A DNA stretch of 64,000 bases from Amphiscolops sp. MND2022 (lineage: Eukaryota): NCBI GenBank assembly GCA_964187785.1, contig OZ076413.1, positions 29,264,001 to 29,328,000 of the forward strand. Direction: 5' to 3'. A model generated the notes under the pieces. The model did not search any database, was not told where the DNA came from, and saw only the letters and a list, made by a program, of their open reading frames with translations. Positions 9,801-21,480 of this stretch are shown piece by piece (position 1 is the stretch's first letter; every line of letters begins with the position of its first letter). The translations under genes were made by a program, and so were the position numbers.

Positions 9801-12507
9801 ACCAGCCCAAGTCGGCGCCATATCTAAGGCTCAAAATTAGCAAAAGGACTGCAAAATGTCAAAGTACTTGTGAATTGGAGACCCTTTTATGAAAAAAAAT
9901 GAAAAAAACTGAAAGGAGGGCCCTTTGGTCTCGTCCGGTATTGTATGTTACGCGGGAAACCTTTTTGGTTCAGTTCCTTGGGCCAACAGGTACAATTTGG
10001 CGTCTTCCTAAAATTTTGTAGAACTTTTGGGGTAGAACTATTTTGGTCACTTTACAAAAATTTACAAAAATAAAAAAACACACTGACGAAAAGCCATCAC
10101 TATAGTCGACTTTTTTCTCTAAAAAAGCGCCGAGTAAAAACTTTAATTAAAACAAAGAGTGAACATTATTTTTTAGAACTGGCTCGTTTCAAGAAGGACC
10201 TGAGCAGCGATCGGGTTTTGTGTGAAACCAAAGTAGCTCTATCTCCCTCTGGCGGAATTTTTGTGCGCAACGGCCACCCGAAGTTGAACAATGGCATTGT
10301 CCACTTCAATCACGGCAAGGCATTCTATTGAATTGCAGAAATTGAGATTCTGTACAGTTTCAGTAACGTGGATGTCGAAATAATGTTTAGGCGACAGGAG
10401 AATGCAACTGAAACCGGTTTTAGAGCCTTCGGACATACTCTCTCGTTATTTTGACCTTCAAGTACGTAATATTGGTGAACAAAGTTTTTTAAATCCTTAT
10501 TATATGAGCTCATTTACTTTGGGTTTCGCAACTCCAAAAACACGTCTGCAGCCAAAAACCCCAATTATATATAAATTTCATCTTTACCAGCGGTCTTCTT
10601 AAAGCCCATAAAGAGCAAACTCTTTTTTCTGAGCAATTCTCATAAATCTCACATTGCCCAAAAATGTCCCCATTAGACTTGAAAAACGTTTTTTTTGTCA
10701 TAAAACGAACAAAAATACCATAGAGGGGGAATTCTTTTGTGGAATGGGAAAAGGTCTGAATAATGCGCCAGGTATTTTGACAATGAAATTAACGTTATTA
10801 TCGGCTGCTTTACGTTGTCATTTCTATTTTAGAAAAAATGCACTATAAATTTGAAAAATTCAGTTAAAGAAATGATTCTTAAAACCTTTCCTCTTTTTTC
10901 CGGTTTCCATTTTTAATGGTGGACGATCTTGCAACCGCAGAAATGATTTTTTCTCATTCATTTTCAGATAAAGCTACATGCAGCGTCGAGGGCCTTCCAG
11001 AAGTGGTTCCTCATCAACATCACTGGAATTTTCCTCTCGGTCGTGGAAGTTTTCTTCTCCATTCTGGCTAGCCATGCCAGCTCTTCCGAGTTCACCGGCC
11101 TCGTCATTTTCGCAGGTCCGCTTCTCTGGGTTCCTGTGCTGCTAAAGCCAGTGATGGAAATCAATGTAGAAGCTGCCTCGCTCATTCAAGTATGTTCATT
11201 TCGAACACAAGCAAAATTAGTCTTTTTGTTATTGTTAGATATTTATCAATAATATTACAAAAATCGTTAATTTTGACGAAAAGAGTGCAAATTATTATGA
11301 TTTTCCCTACTCAACGTACGTTGCTATATGCGCGTTCAAATAGCTTGAATTATGGAGTTTCCTGAAGAGTTTCATTCACTCGAAAAGCAGTTGGAAAGAT
11401 TGGTGAAAAGATACAACAAAGATCTTTTTAAATTCATTTTTTCCACCGCATGAAAAGTTTCAATATCTCTACATTGTTGTGAACGCATTTTAGTTGTTAG
11501 ACATTTTCAACGCAGGATAAGTTCCAAACTGAAATGTGTCTGATAAAAAACCTGCCGAAAATGAGCTTTCAGTGATACAACTTTAGCATATGATTAGTAA
11601 TTTTACGGAGTTGTTTTTAGTGGATATATCCTCTAGAAGAACGGATTACAGTTTTCCAGAGATTCACACATCTACCTCTATCATTTCATGTAAGTTATCT
11701 GAACTTCACCCTTGTTGAATCTTGAATTGATTAAATTTCAGCTGCATTTGAAAATAGAAAAAATGCGTAATAAAGTTTGCAAAACTCTGTGGCTTCGACT
11801 TGCCGCTATCGAGTTTCAACTTTGGAATGCAAATTTTAACTTGATGAAATTTAACTGCATGAAACGGTGAGTTTTTAATACATAGAAGATTCCGTGAGAG
11901 TTTTATAAAATCATGATAAAAGTGCGAGGCAGCTTACAAAACCTTTGAAAAGTTCAAACGGGTCCAACCAGGTCATGCCATTGCAACCTTTTGTCTCTCA
12001 CTAGGCTAAATGCACTACACGGGCTTAAATGTTATTCTTAGTATTAATTCATGATTATAAACCAATAAAGCTGTTTTCGTCGTTAAATTGCACTGCGATG
12101 TTCAGGTTTTTTCGTTTGCTCTACGTTCAGACCACGACATGCATACAAAAAGCAAACCCTTCAAAATGTTCCCCTATAATTTATTCAAAAAATTCATTTT
12201 GAAATAAAGACGCCATTTTGTAACACTATAATTGCCGAAGTCAACCAATCATAATTTATCGTTTCCAGTGTTGATTCTTTCAACAGTGGGGCTACCTTTT
12301 TTCTGCATAGGTACCAAACTTACTGTTTCTGAACAAAAATCAAGATTCAGAACCCTTGTCTGTAAATATCACTTTCAGATTGGTTTATCTGATGTGTTAA
12401 TGTTTTAGGTTTATGGAGTTAATTTGTCCAGGAACTCAGTGGGAACATTTTTCATCATATTAGTTGTTGGCTTCATTGGAAGACTATGGAATTTACTTAA
12501 GCTTTAA
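3873..12507 (+). CDS. Gustatory-receptor-like / DUF3537-type 7TM ion-channel-superfamily protein, 393 aa, 8 coding exons
   Basis: Exons: 3873-4017, 4657-4934, 6067-6226, 10177-10314, 10391-10461, 10968-11189, 11621-11689, 12409-12507 (1182 nt = 393 aa + TAA). Intron phases are 1,0,1,1,0,0,0 and all match; splice sites are GT-AG except one GC-AG (10315-10390). The protein has seven hydrophobic segments plus an N-terminal S0-like helix, a long charged TM4-TM5 loop, and the C-terminus HLPLSFH|VYGVNLSRNSVGTFFIILVVGF. The start ATG is inferred; the frame is open back to 3786. Confidence 0.8.
6280..9170 (+). repeat. Large AT-rich interspersed repeat (family M) with ~190-bp internal subunits
   Basis: 6280-6510 aligns with 29290-29520 and 8900-9060 with 32930-33060; begins with hairpin CCCATAT-TTC-ATATGGG. 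Confidence 0.7.
9173..9596. mobile_element. Family H copy 3 (opposite orientation), in intron 3 of the 7TM gene
   Basis: AACAAGACAGGAACGTCTAAAGTCGGCGCT at 9173 and hairpin 9565-9596. Confidence 0.62.
9790..10135. mobile_element. Family H copy 4
   Basis: AACAAGCCGGG...AAGTCGGCGCC start and hairpin 10104-10135, about 40 nt upstream of the exon 4 acceptor. Confidence 0.55.
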
Positions 12508-12665
12508 CACATGTTTTGCTTATTTTCATTTTCGCAGATATCTTAGACTTCTAGATGGCACACGGATGGGGTGCATGTCGGAATCAGAAGTTTTCCTACC
12601 CAGTGTGAAGTCTGTAGGAACAAAACAGTTTATTCAATTGGAAACTTGAAAGTACAGAAGAATCA

Positions 12666-12865
12666 NNNNNNNNNNNNNNNNNNNNNNNNNNNNNNNNNNN
12701 NNNNNNNNNNNNNNNNNNNNNNNNNNNNNNNNNNNNNNNNNNNNNNNNNNNNNNNNNNNNNNNNNNNNNNNNNNNNNNNNNNNNNNNNNNNNNNNNNNNN
12801 NNNNNNNNNNNNNNNNNNNNNNNNNNNNNNNNNNNNNNNNNNNNNNNNNNNNNNNNNNNNNNNNN
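12666..12865. other. Assembly gap (200 N)
   Basis: Run of exactly 200 Ns; adjacency of the flanking contigs comes from scaffolding. Confidence 0.99.
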
Positions 12866-12910
12866 CGCCCTTGAGAATCAAACATGTGCCTCACTTTATT
12901 TCCTTTTTTC

Positions 12911-15721
12911 TTAGAAACACAAATTGAATAGATCTTTGTTATCAACTATATATAACTTTGTCAAGGTCACGATATAGTTCTTGACAGTTATTGCCGGCAG
13001 ATCTTTCAGGTCCATAGGGATGAGTTTCAGTTCCATTAACCAGTTATGTGCTATGCGTAGCGAGTTTGTCAGAGGTTCACGCTTTAAAGTGGTTCTCCAG
13101 TAAATAGATGGCAGTAGTTGTTTTCTTCTGAACCTAGTTACGTGTATTCTTTCGGGCATACTTCCAAGATTCAAAAGCTGTGACGGTGATTCCAATCTTA
13201 TTTGCATAAACAGTTCTTTTATCAGTTCCACGAGAAACAGCTCAAAAACAGTGAGAACACCTTCTTTTGTAAAGATTTCAGTTAGTGAATCCGTCCTTTG
13301 CATGAAAAAGATTGCCCTCAGGATTCGTCGTTGTGCCTTTTCAATTTTTACTAAGTTCGTTTTCGCGGCAGAGCCATATACAAGTATTCCGTACATAATT
13401 ATTGATTTAGCAAACGAATTGTAAAACAAGAGTAAACAACTTTTTGGATAGAGATGACGAACACGATAGATTATTCCACAAAATATATTGAATTTTTTAA
13501 CAACATAGTTGATGTGATCTCTAAACTTCAAATTTTTGTCTATGTACACTCCTAGATACTTACATGCATTTTTGTACTCAACTTGTTGTCCGTCTATTTC
13601 AACTTTTTCTGGTTTTCCCAAGTCGAAACAGATGCTCTCGCATTTGTCTATGTTAACAGTCAATTTATTGGAACAGAACCAATTAAACATACAGTCAACA
13701 TCTTTCCTAATTAGATTATCAACTCGTTTTCCTGCTTTAATTACAGTTGTATCGTCAGCAAACATTGCTAACTGACTGTTTTCAACGCACTTATCGATGT
13801 CATTGATATAAATGAGAAAGAGAAGCGGACCTAAAACTGAACCCTGTGGAACCCCGGTACTTAACATTTTTACTTGGCTTTTCATCCCATTAATTATGGT
13901 ATATTGTCTTCTTCCATGGAAATAACTTTCAAGAATTTGCAATACTTTTCCTATGAAGCCATATTTTTCAATTTTATCTAGCAATATGCTATGATCAAGT
14001 GTATCAAACGCTTTTTTCAGGTCATTGAAACAAGCTTGGCCGGTTGACTTTTTATCAATTTCATCTCTCAAATACTCAGTGACTGAGATAATTGCGTTAA
14101 TACAGGACATTTTTTTTCTAAAACCAAACTGCTTTGACAGTATTTCATTTTCATTGCAAAAGACTACCATTCGTTTGAACAAAAGATGCTCATAAACTTT
14201 AGAAAGAGATCTTAGTAGGATAATTGGTCTATAGTTTTCAGGATTCGAATAATCACCTTTTTTGTATAAAGGTAATACTTTCGCCAATTTTAAAGACAAT
14301 GGGAATACACCTTGATTTATTGATTTATTAAAAATGTCAACTAAAAAAGGGTTGGAATATTAGCGAGCAACGTTTTAGAATTTCGTTGCTTATTCCATCG
14401 TGACCGGCACTTTTTTTGTTCTTAAGTTTTCTCAGAACCTTCGAAACTTTATCTTCGTTGGTATGTGATAGTACCATTGTTCTTTTAAATCGCTCAATTT
14501 TACATTTACGTTTTTGATTCGGTATTTCAGATGATAATGCCGGACCGATTAAAGGGAAATAATTGTTCAATGTTTCTGAACTCGGTGTCTGTGGAATGCT
14601 ACGTTCTTGTCGCTTTTGTTGCTTCAATGTGTTGTAAATTATCTTTGGAGTTGGTTGGTGACCTAGTCTCTTCAGATTAGCATCACGTTTTGCTGCTCGT
14701 ATTTTTGTGTCACTTCATTCCGTTGTTTTCTATAGGCTGAACGATTAGTCTCATTGGGATCATCAATCCATTTTTGGAATAGTTTATCCCGTTTCGTAAT
14801 AGCTCTCTTTTTTTTGATTCCTGATCCATTCAGGAGGTCGCTTGTTTAGCGCAATGTTCTTTTCCGGAGCAAACTTTTCAACACACTCCATTATTGTTTT
14901 CGCTAACAATTCAACTTTGTGATTTATGTCGATTTCATCAGGTATTCGCTGTAGATTATTCAGCAGGAGGAATAAGAAGTTCGGCGCCTTTTCACCTTTG
15001 ATTTTCCCTAAATTGCGGTATTTAGTTACTGCTGTTAAATTTTGAGGCAATACTGAGGATCCTCTGAGTAAAATATCTGCAGTAACTGTGTAATGATCAC
15101 TAATTGTGGTGGGTATAGTGTTCGTTTTTAAAAAGCGTGAAAATATCATACGATCAAGACAGCTCCTTGAATTAGGGGTAACTCTCGTCGGCAGTGTATT
15201 CTGAATTTCAAAATCATATGCAGCCAAAAGATTCTCATATTGTTTTTTTTCAGCGCTTTCTTTCAGTGTGTCAATGTTAAAGTCACCGAAGATCAATGTG
15301 TCGGCCCTCTGGCTTTTCAAAAAGGATAGGATGTTTTCGAATTCTTCAAAAAAATAATTTAGTTTGACACTGTCAGGTCTGTATATTAGACAAAACTTCA
15401 TTGTATTAAAGTCATAAACTGGACTTCGAACAGCGAGCACTCTAGCTTATTATCAATTTTCAGCGGTTTGTTTTTTATTGAGTTTTCGAAACAGAAAGCG
15501 ACTCCTCCTGATCGTCGCTTACATTCAGTTCTCGCAAAAGACCTAATGGGTTGATAGCCTTGCAAATCGTATTGATCCATATCTTCATTTTCACCTATCC
15601 ATGTTTCCGTTATTAGAAATAGTTTTGGTTTTTTCTGCAAAGTGTTAATCATGACATTTAGCTCATCAAGATGCAGCTTCAAAGATCTTATATTCATTCC
15701 TAAAACTACTTCATGTTTCAT
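12911..15721 (-). pseudogene. LINE ORF2 (endonuclease + reverse transcriptase), frameshifted
   Basis: Fragments 15398-15721, 14784-15440, 14337-14627 and the 462-aa RT at 12911-14299. Confidence 0.9.
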
Positions 15722-15870
15722 TGGGGCAATGATTTGGTTCTCAAAACAAAAAGAGTTTGTTGCGTTTTTCCGAGAAGATTTGCAGTCAAACTGTTTTTTT
15801 TTAGTTTTTTGGGATTGTCGTTGAACCGTTTTCTTATTTTGTTTTTTGTTAGTTCAAGTTTGACCGCAAA

Positions 15871-16701
15871 CTATACGCCCGAAGCGTTTGTTGTTGGAGA
15901 AACCTCTGTCAATCGCAAAGATTTTTCCTCAGCACCAAAATCGACAGGAGATTCTCTGACTCTTTTAGGATTGCTCGTTGATGACTGATGTGGTGTTTTT
16001 GGCGGATTATCATCGGCTGGATTCTTCTGCTTCCGTTTCATTTTGAGGATAGCACACTTTTGTATGTCATCAACTGCTTTAATGCTGTTTACTGTAACAG
16101 TTTTGAAAATTCCATCGTCATCTTTTTTGAACACTTTCACATCACAGTTGTATGTTGTAGTTATCAATCCAAGGCTGTCGGCGTGCGCTTGAATCTCTTT
16201 TTGCACCCGCGGTAGACGTTCTTTGATGTAAATACCTTTTCCATTTAGAGAGTTTGATTTTCCTGCCAACCAAGATTTTCGTCCCAAAATTTCTGCTTTT
16301 TCGTGGAAATACACAAATTTGACAATAATAGTTGGAGGAAATAGCTGTGACTGTGATTTCCCTAGATAGTGGCAAGCTTTGAAATTGCAGGGGTCTGTAT
16401 CGAAGTTCAGAAAATATTTCAAAAAGTCGCAAACCTGGTGTGAAAGAGGAAGCATTGGGTCCTTTACCGGCATGTTCTCCAAGATTAAGCAATTTTTTGA
16501 AGAATATTTTTCCCCTGCTGTAACTCTAAGTTCAAGATCAGATACATTATTCTGTAACGTTTTCATTTGATGATCTTTAGCAGTAATTTCTGAGCATAAA
16601 TGTTGAAGAATTTGTTTAAGTTTATCATTCTCAAGATTTTCTATTTCAGATAATACATTGAACGAATCCATATATGGTAACTCGAACAGTATAGCGTGCA
16701 A
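15871..16701 (-). CDS. LINE ORF1 protein (coiled coil plus RRM-like region), 276 aa, apparently intact
   Basis: Uninterrupted ATG-to-stop ORF with a heptad-rich N-terminus, IIVKFV and IYIKERLP motifs; directly upstream of the endonuclease. Confidence 0.8.
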   Translation of the reverse strand: MHAILFELPYMDSFNVLSEIENLENDKLKQILQHLCSEITAKDHQMKTLQNNVSDLELRVTAGEKYSSKNCLILENMPVKDPMLPLSHQVCDFLKYFLNFDTDPCNFKACHYLGKSQSQLFPPTIIVKFVYFHEKAEILGRKSWLAGKSNSLNGKGIYIKERLPRVQKEIQAHADSLGLITTTYNCDVKVFKKDDDGIFKTVTVNSIKAVDDIQKCAILKMKRKQKNPADDNPPKTPHQSSTSNPKRVRESPVDFGAEEKSLRLTEVSPTTNASGV

Positions 16702-16793
16702 AAGATTACGTAATAATAAGAATAAGACTACAAATGTAACGACCGACTGCTCAGCTCAACATTAGTTCTCTTGAAATAGTTGTTACGAATTTC

Positions 16794-16863
16794 AGCAAGA
16801 TTTTTATCAAAAGCTCCAAGAATATGAATACATATTCTTGGAGCTCTTGATAAAAATCTTGCT
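16794..16863. repeat. 70-bp hairpin palindrome
   Basis: 33-bp arms, 4-nt loop, one mismatch. Confidence 0.9.
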
Positions 16864-16896
16864 TAATAAAATTCTTGATAGAATCTGCTTGATAAA

Positions 16897-17283
16897 ATTC
16901 TTCAAAATGTTGATTATAGGAAAACACAAAGTATTGAATTTCAGGAGGTGATAGCTTGGTTGGTGGCGTGAATTGATGTGGCATAACAAGTACGCTGATC
17001 AAATCGCAGTTGTCAACCATTTTTTATTTATTCCCATTAACATTTGTCAACTTTTCTCTAGAACTCATTGCAAGATCATGCAAGATAGTATACTATCTTG
17101 CATGATCTTGCAATGAGTTCAAGAGAAAAGTTAACAAATGTAAATGGGAATAAATAAAAACCGTTTACAACTGCGATTTGATCAGCGTACTTGTTATGCC
17201 ACATCAATTCACGTCACCAACCAAGCTATCACCTCCTGAAATTCAATACTTTGTGTTTTCCTATATTCAACATTTCCAAGAAT
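16897..17283. repeat. ~387-bp imperfect palindrome with no spacer
   Basis: Centre GATAGTA|TACTATC at 17090/17091; arms ~193 bp with scattered substitutions and one indel. Confidence 0.93.
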
Positions 17284-17893
17284 CATCGTGTAACTAGTAG
17301 TACGAACAATAGCAAAGCAATTGCAGTGTAACTTACCAAGACTCCGAGTGAGAAGTTCAAAAGATTTGTGTAAAGCGAGAATAAACAAGATCTTATCAGG
17401 ACTTTCAAGTGTAAACTGTAACGTTTTGGATGATGCAAGATCTTGACAGGAGGTTCAAGCTATTTTGTACTGGGATAGCAATCTGGTAGCTTTAATGCGT
17501 GAAGGTGAGGCTCATATTCGTGGAACCTAAAGATATACATTGAACAAAAATGAAAGAACTAATTATTGAGAATATCAATGATTATCTTCAAATATATTCT
17601 GAAGATGTCCGAAGATCTATTCTTTCAGAAACAAAAGTACTTGCCGGAAGGAATGACCAATTTGGTAAATTATGTATCCATGCACCAAGTGTTTTCCGTC
17701 ATTGTTAAAGAGGTCTCAAAGTTCTCCTCAATTATGATTGAAATCAATCAATATGGTTATGCGTTGACAACAGAAATCAGACATCATTTCGAGAAAATAA
17801 CGGTAAGGTAGTAGGTTATTTCGTAATTTAAATTCCAAGCATGATTTTATTCGATACTATAAAGGCAGGCAATTATTGCTAACCAGGGTTGTT

Positions 17894-18377
17894 AGTCGGC
17901 GCTTTTATAAATAAAAGAGCCCGACTATTACAGTCACTCGTTTTTTTTCTTTTTTTCATTTAAGACAGACTCGAAGCGACAAACGTTAACGTTCAACTAA
18001 AGGAAACTAAATACCAGGGAAACGCATGTAAATTATTCCAAAGGATCCCCCTTTGGTTTTTAACTTTTTAAACGTTACCTACAAGCCCGGACGGGACTAA
18101 AGGGTCCCCCCTTTCGATTTTTTTTCGGCACTGTGCGACTTTTTTTCGAAATTTTTTTAGTGTCCCCAAAGGTTCCCCTCTTTGATTTTTTTGTTATTTT
18201 GCTAGAGAATGCGTGTTTATAAATCAAAAAGGGTCCCCCCTTTTACATTTTTCGGCACTGTGCGACATTTTCCGAAAGAAACTTTTTTTCGAAAATTTCA
18301 AGTTTTTTTACAAAAAAAATGTTTTGCGCTTTTTGAGCCTTAGATATAGCGCCGACTTGAGACGTTCCCGTCTTGTT
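17894..18377. mobile_element. Family H copy 5
   Basis: Hairpin 17894-17926 and terminal motif ending CTTGTT at 18377. Confidence 0.65.
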
Positions 18378-19178
18378 TTTCTACTATGATGATTGAGTTG
18401 TCAGTCATACTGATCAATAATAGGGTCGAGTACTGCAAATAATTGACTACCAAAGCATTCAAAAATAGCAAATTTTTCATGAAGAAGATCTCGCACTGAG
18501 TACGAACGTTCGGTTCCACCAGCCGTTTTATTTGCAAATTATAATTACCTTCTTTTTGAAGTGTTGAATTCGGAGCGAGAAAAACACCAAGATATTCTAT
18601 GGAGGTGGAAAGCATCATTTGTTGATCTTCGACGTGTATTTTGAGATTTTGATGATTTTATCCATCAATGGATGACAAAAAATTGAAAACTCTGTTTTGT
18701 ACGCATTCGATTATTCGGTTATTCGATTGTTTAAAAATCTACAAGTTGTTGTTCAATATTCTTTGCATTTCATCCTAACTGACCTGCGCGTTTTTTGAAT
18801 TTTTCAATGAATTTGATTTAAAAATTTTAAATAATCAATATCTCCACAATTACGCGTACCAGAGAAACAAACTATAGGGGTTTCAAAGGTCTGGTATTGG
18901 GCTTTCATTTTGGTCAGGTGAGCTTCTGTTGCCGCGCGCCCCTTCCTTCAGAATTTGAGACTCTTTTTCAGGAATCGACGCTTCGCGGTAGTTCCGCACT
19001 TCGTGCGGCCCGCTGCGCGGGGGTTTGTATTAACAAAAGGATATTAATGGGGTTTGTTACACAAGGACTTGTTGTGGAAGCGTATGTGGTGGGTTTTTTC
19101 TATCTATCAAAGACTTGGATTTCGCCAAAAACTGAATTTTGGAAAATTATAACCATTTTTTGTCCAAAAAACACATTA

Positions 19179-20020
19179 CCCAGGTTTTCGATCTTTACGA
19201 ATCTGTGCAGATCTGCAGGATTTTTTCTGCAGGGTTCTGCAAAGATCGTTGCACTGAATCCTGAAGATCCATACAGATCTGCAAGATCTTTACAGAAGTG
19301 TGCAGATTTTCTTTAGGATTTTTGCAGGAATATGTTTTTCTGCAGCTTCTAAGGAACCATTATACTGCATTTTTGGACTTTTTTAACTACTTTATCCAGT
19401 ATTTTAGCTGACCAAGGCTCGGTCAGTTGATGCTCTAGATCACTCAAAATTCTCGAGAAGGAAAATTTGTCCCCATCACAGTAGTTTTGGTGACTGGAGA
19501 ATGCGCCGTATTGGTTATACACCGTAATTTATCCATTTCACTTGAACATTCCAGAAGTTGTTGAACTTTGAGAAGCTCGTTTGCCTTATTGACTTCGTTT
19601 TGACAGATGAAATTTGACATGTGGCAACCTTCTGGGTTAGTAGATGTGTTGATAAAGTGTTGTTGTTGTAATATTTCGGGAACATGGTTTGTTGGAGTAA
19701 TTTTAATAATTTCTGGTAACTCGGAATACGTTATAGTACTTTACTGGTCCTTGTTTGGATCTGTAAAGATCTGTGAAGATCTGCAAAACTCTACAGATCT
19801 GCCAGATACAGTGTAAAGATTGCTGCAGAAAAATGTTTCATCATTTTGACATAAATGAGATTTCTCTCGGATTTTAAACATTTTTATCATTCGTTTGACA
19901 TTGCTGTGGGGTTTCTATTGTGTTTCTAAGTAGGTCATTTTTCTTCGAATCTGCGCATATCTGCAAAGATCTGCAAAAATCCTACAGATCTGCACAGATC
20001 GCAAAGATCGAAAACTTGGG
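19179..20020. mobile_element. CCCAG...TTGGG non-autonomous TIR element, TA TSD
   Basis: ~45-bp imperfect TIRs (CCCAGGTTTTCGATCTTT / AAAGATCGAAAACTTGGG) and AGATCTGCA subterminal arrays. Confidence 0.75.
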
Positions 20021-20849
20021 TATTCTCAGCTTTGGAGACATATTCACTTTTCTAATGCTTAAGCCTTTCAAATCAATCTGGGTACCAATGAATTATTGAA
20101 AAAAAACTGTGCTATAGAATATGGCCTACTGGCAGAAGGAATCCGAAAGTGAACAATAAGTAGACTGCTCTAAAGTACCACTAGGGTTAAACCATGGCAA
20201 GCATTTCATCTTCATGAGGAGAAAATAATTTCGTATCGGCACATAATGTCAAAATACATTCATTTGGGTGAGATGCATCGTTTTATGCTCTTAGCATAAG
20301 AATTCAAGAGGAGCCCTAACACAGTCCTTTGTGGATCACTCAAATTCAATTCAATCCCTTCAGATTTACATAAAACGAGCGTGACTTTTATTTCTGTACA
20401 ATATAACTTTATATCAATGAAACAGCTTTTTCGTCAACATTGAGTTCATTTAATCTTCCGAAACGGATATAATGTGATATCAAATCGTAGAGTTTCGAAC
20501 AAACTTTTTGGTCAAATTAGGTATCATAACTATACGATCTCTCTTGAGAAAACATTTATTCCTTTGGACTTCCCGTGAATTAAAAATACCTGTTCTTTTT
20601 GAGGTATTTTTGAATCAATGAAAATTTCATTAGTTTATGCTGGCGAATTTTGCTTGGATAAATAAACATGTTGCGAACCTGAAATAGGACTGTTGAGTAT
20701 TCATGAGTCAAGTTCTAAAATTACAATCTGTATGAACTGAATTTATTAGATGAATGCTGACCGGACAAAACAAAAAATTCGACTGACACCTGTCACGTAG
20801 CAGATGAGATCTTACATATTCTTGCGACTTGACAGGGTCCTAAAATAGT

Positions 20850-21480
20850 ACGAAAGACGAAAAAAGAGAATCCAGAACCCCGACATGCCCCAACAACCCG
20901 GATGAACATTTTTATGTCCTTGAGAGATATATCTGTAATGGAGTGCGCCGGCACAGAATGGAGAGCGTCCTCGACCTATGAAAACTCTCCCTATGAGACC
21001 ATTTTTGGGGGTAAAAACATGGGCTAAGGTTTCTGTATGACAAGGGGTTCCTATCGACTCGAGGCAAAATAGTACCGAGGAAAATTAAGCATTCTTCCAG
21101 TTCTAGATCTTGGTGTTTCAGCGGGAGGTTACAATCCATAGAAACAGGGCAAATTAGGGATCTTAAATGGTAGAAGTTGGGTTCAGAAATGGAACTAGTT
21201 GCAGTTTTTGAAACTACGTAACGTAAGAGTACTGAGAAGTTGACGCCGCCAACTTGCCTTTGCGCGGGAAAAAACCTGCAGGAATGTGATCTTGATCCAC
21301 AAAAACGGACTCCCATCTCCCAATAGGAAAATTTTGTCTCTTTTGAGGGTAGGAGTGGAACTTTCCGTAGAAGTGGGCTCCGTTTTTTGTACGTCCTCAG
21401 ATCTATCCCATTCGGCAGTGGCAACTGACAACGGGCATTTTGCATGTGTAGAATCACCGTTCCACTAGCATTTTCTTCCA
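20850..21480 (-). pseudogene. SGNH/esterase-type LINE ORF1 remnant
   Basis: KIFLLGDG(S) and FLGTILPRVD segments in different frames resemble SGNH blocks; no ORF2 is adjacent. Confidence 0.45.

Larger units (their letters stand above)
12866..16740 (-). mobile_element. Near-full-length CR1/L2-type LINE
   Basis: ORF1, then APE endonuclease (NIRSL, ITETW, GDFNID, SDH) and RT (GVPQGSVLGPLLF, FADDT, YLG). ORF2 is split over four frames. The 3' end runs into the N gap. Confidence 0.93.

Noticed and set aside
10177-10450. In-frame TGA read-through or selenocysteine in exon 4
   Set aside because: A GC-AG intron explains the frame and connects to the downstream donor; no SECIS evidence.
3873-12507. 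Calling the 7TM protein a GPCR
   Set aside because: No DRY or NPxxY motifs and a short N-terminus without sequons. Sequon placement and intron pattern fit an inverted topology.
12538-12649. Alternative last exon of the 7TM gene (YLRLLDG...FIQLET*)
   Set aside because: It needs a phase-2 junction, whereas upstream exons end in phase 0; exon 12409-12507 gives a better hydrophobic TM7.
12571-12945. ORFs spanning the N run
   Set aside because: Artefacts of the assembly gap.
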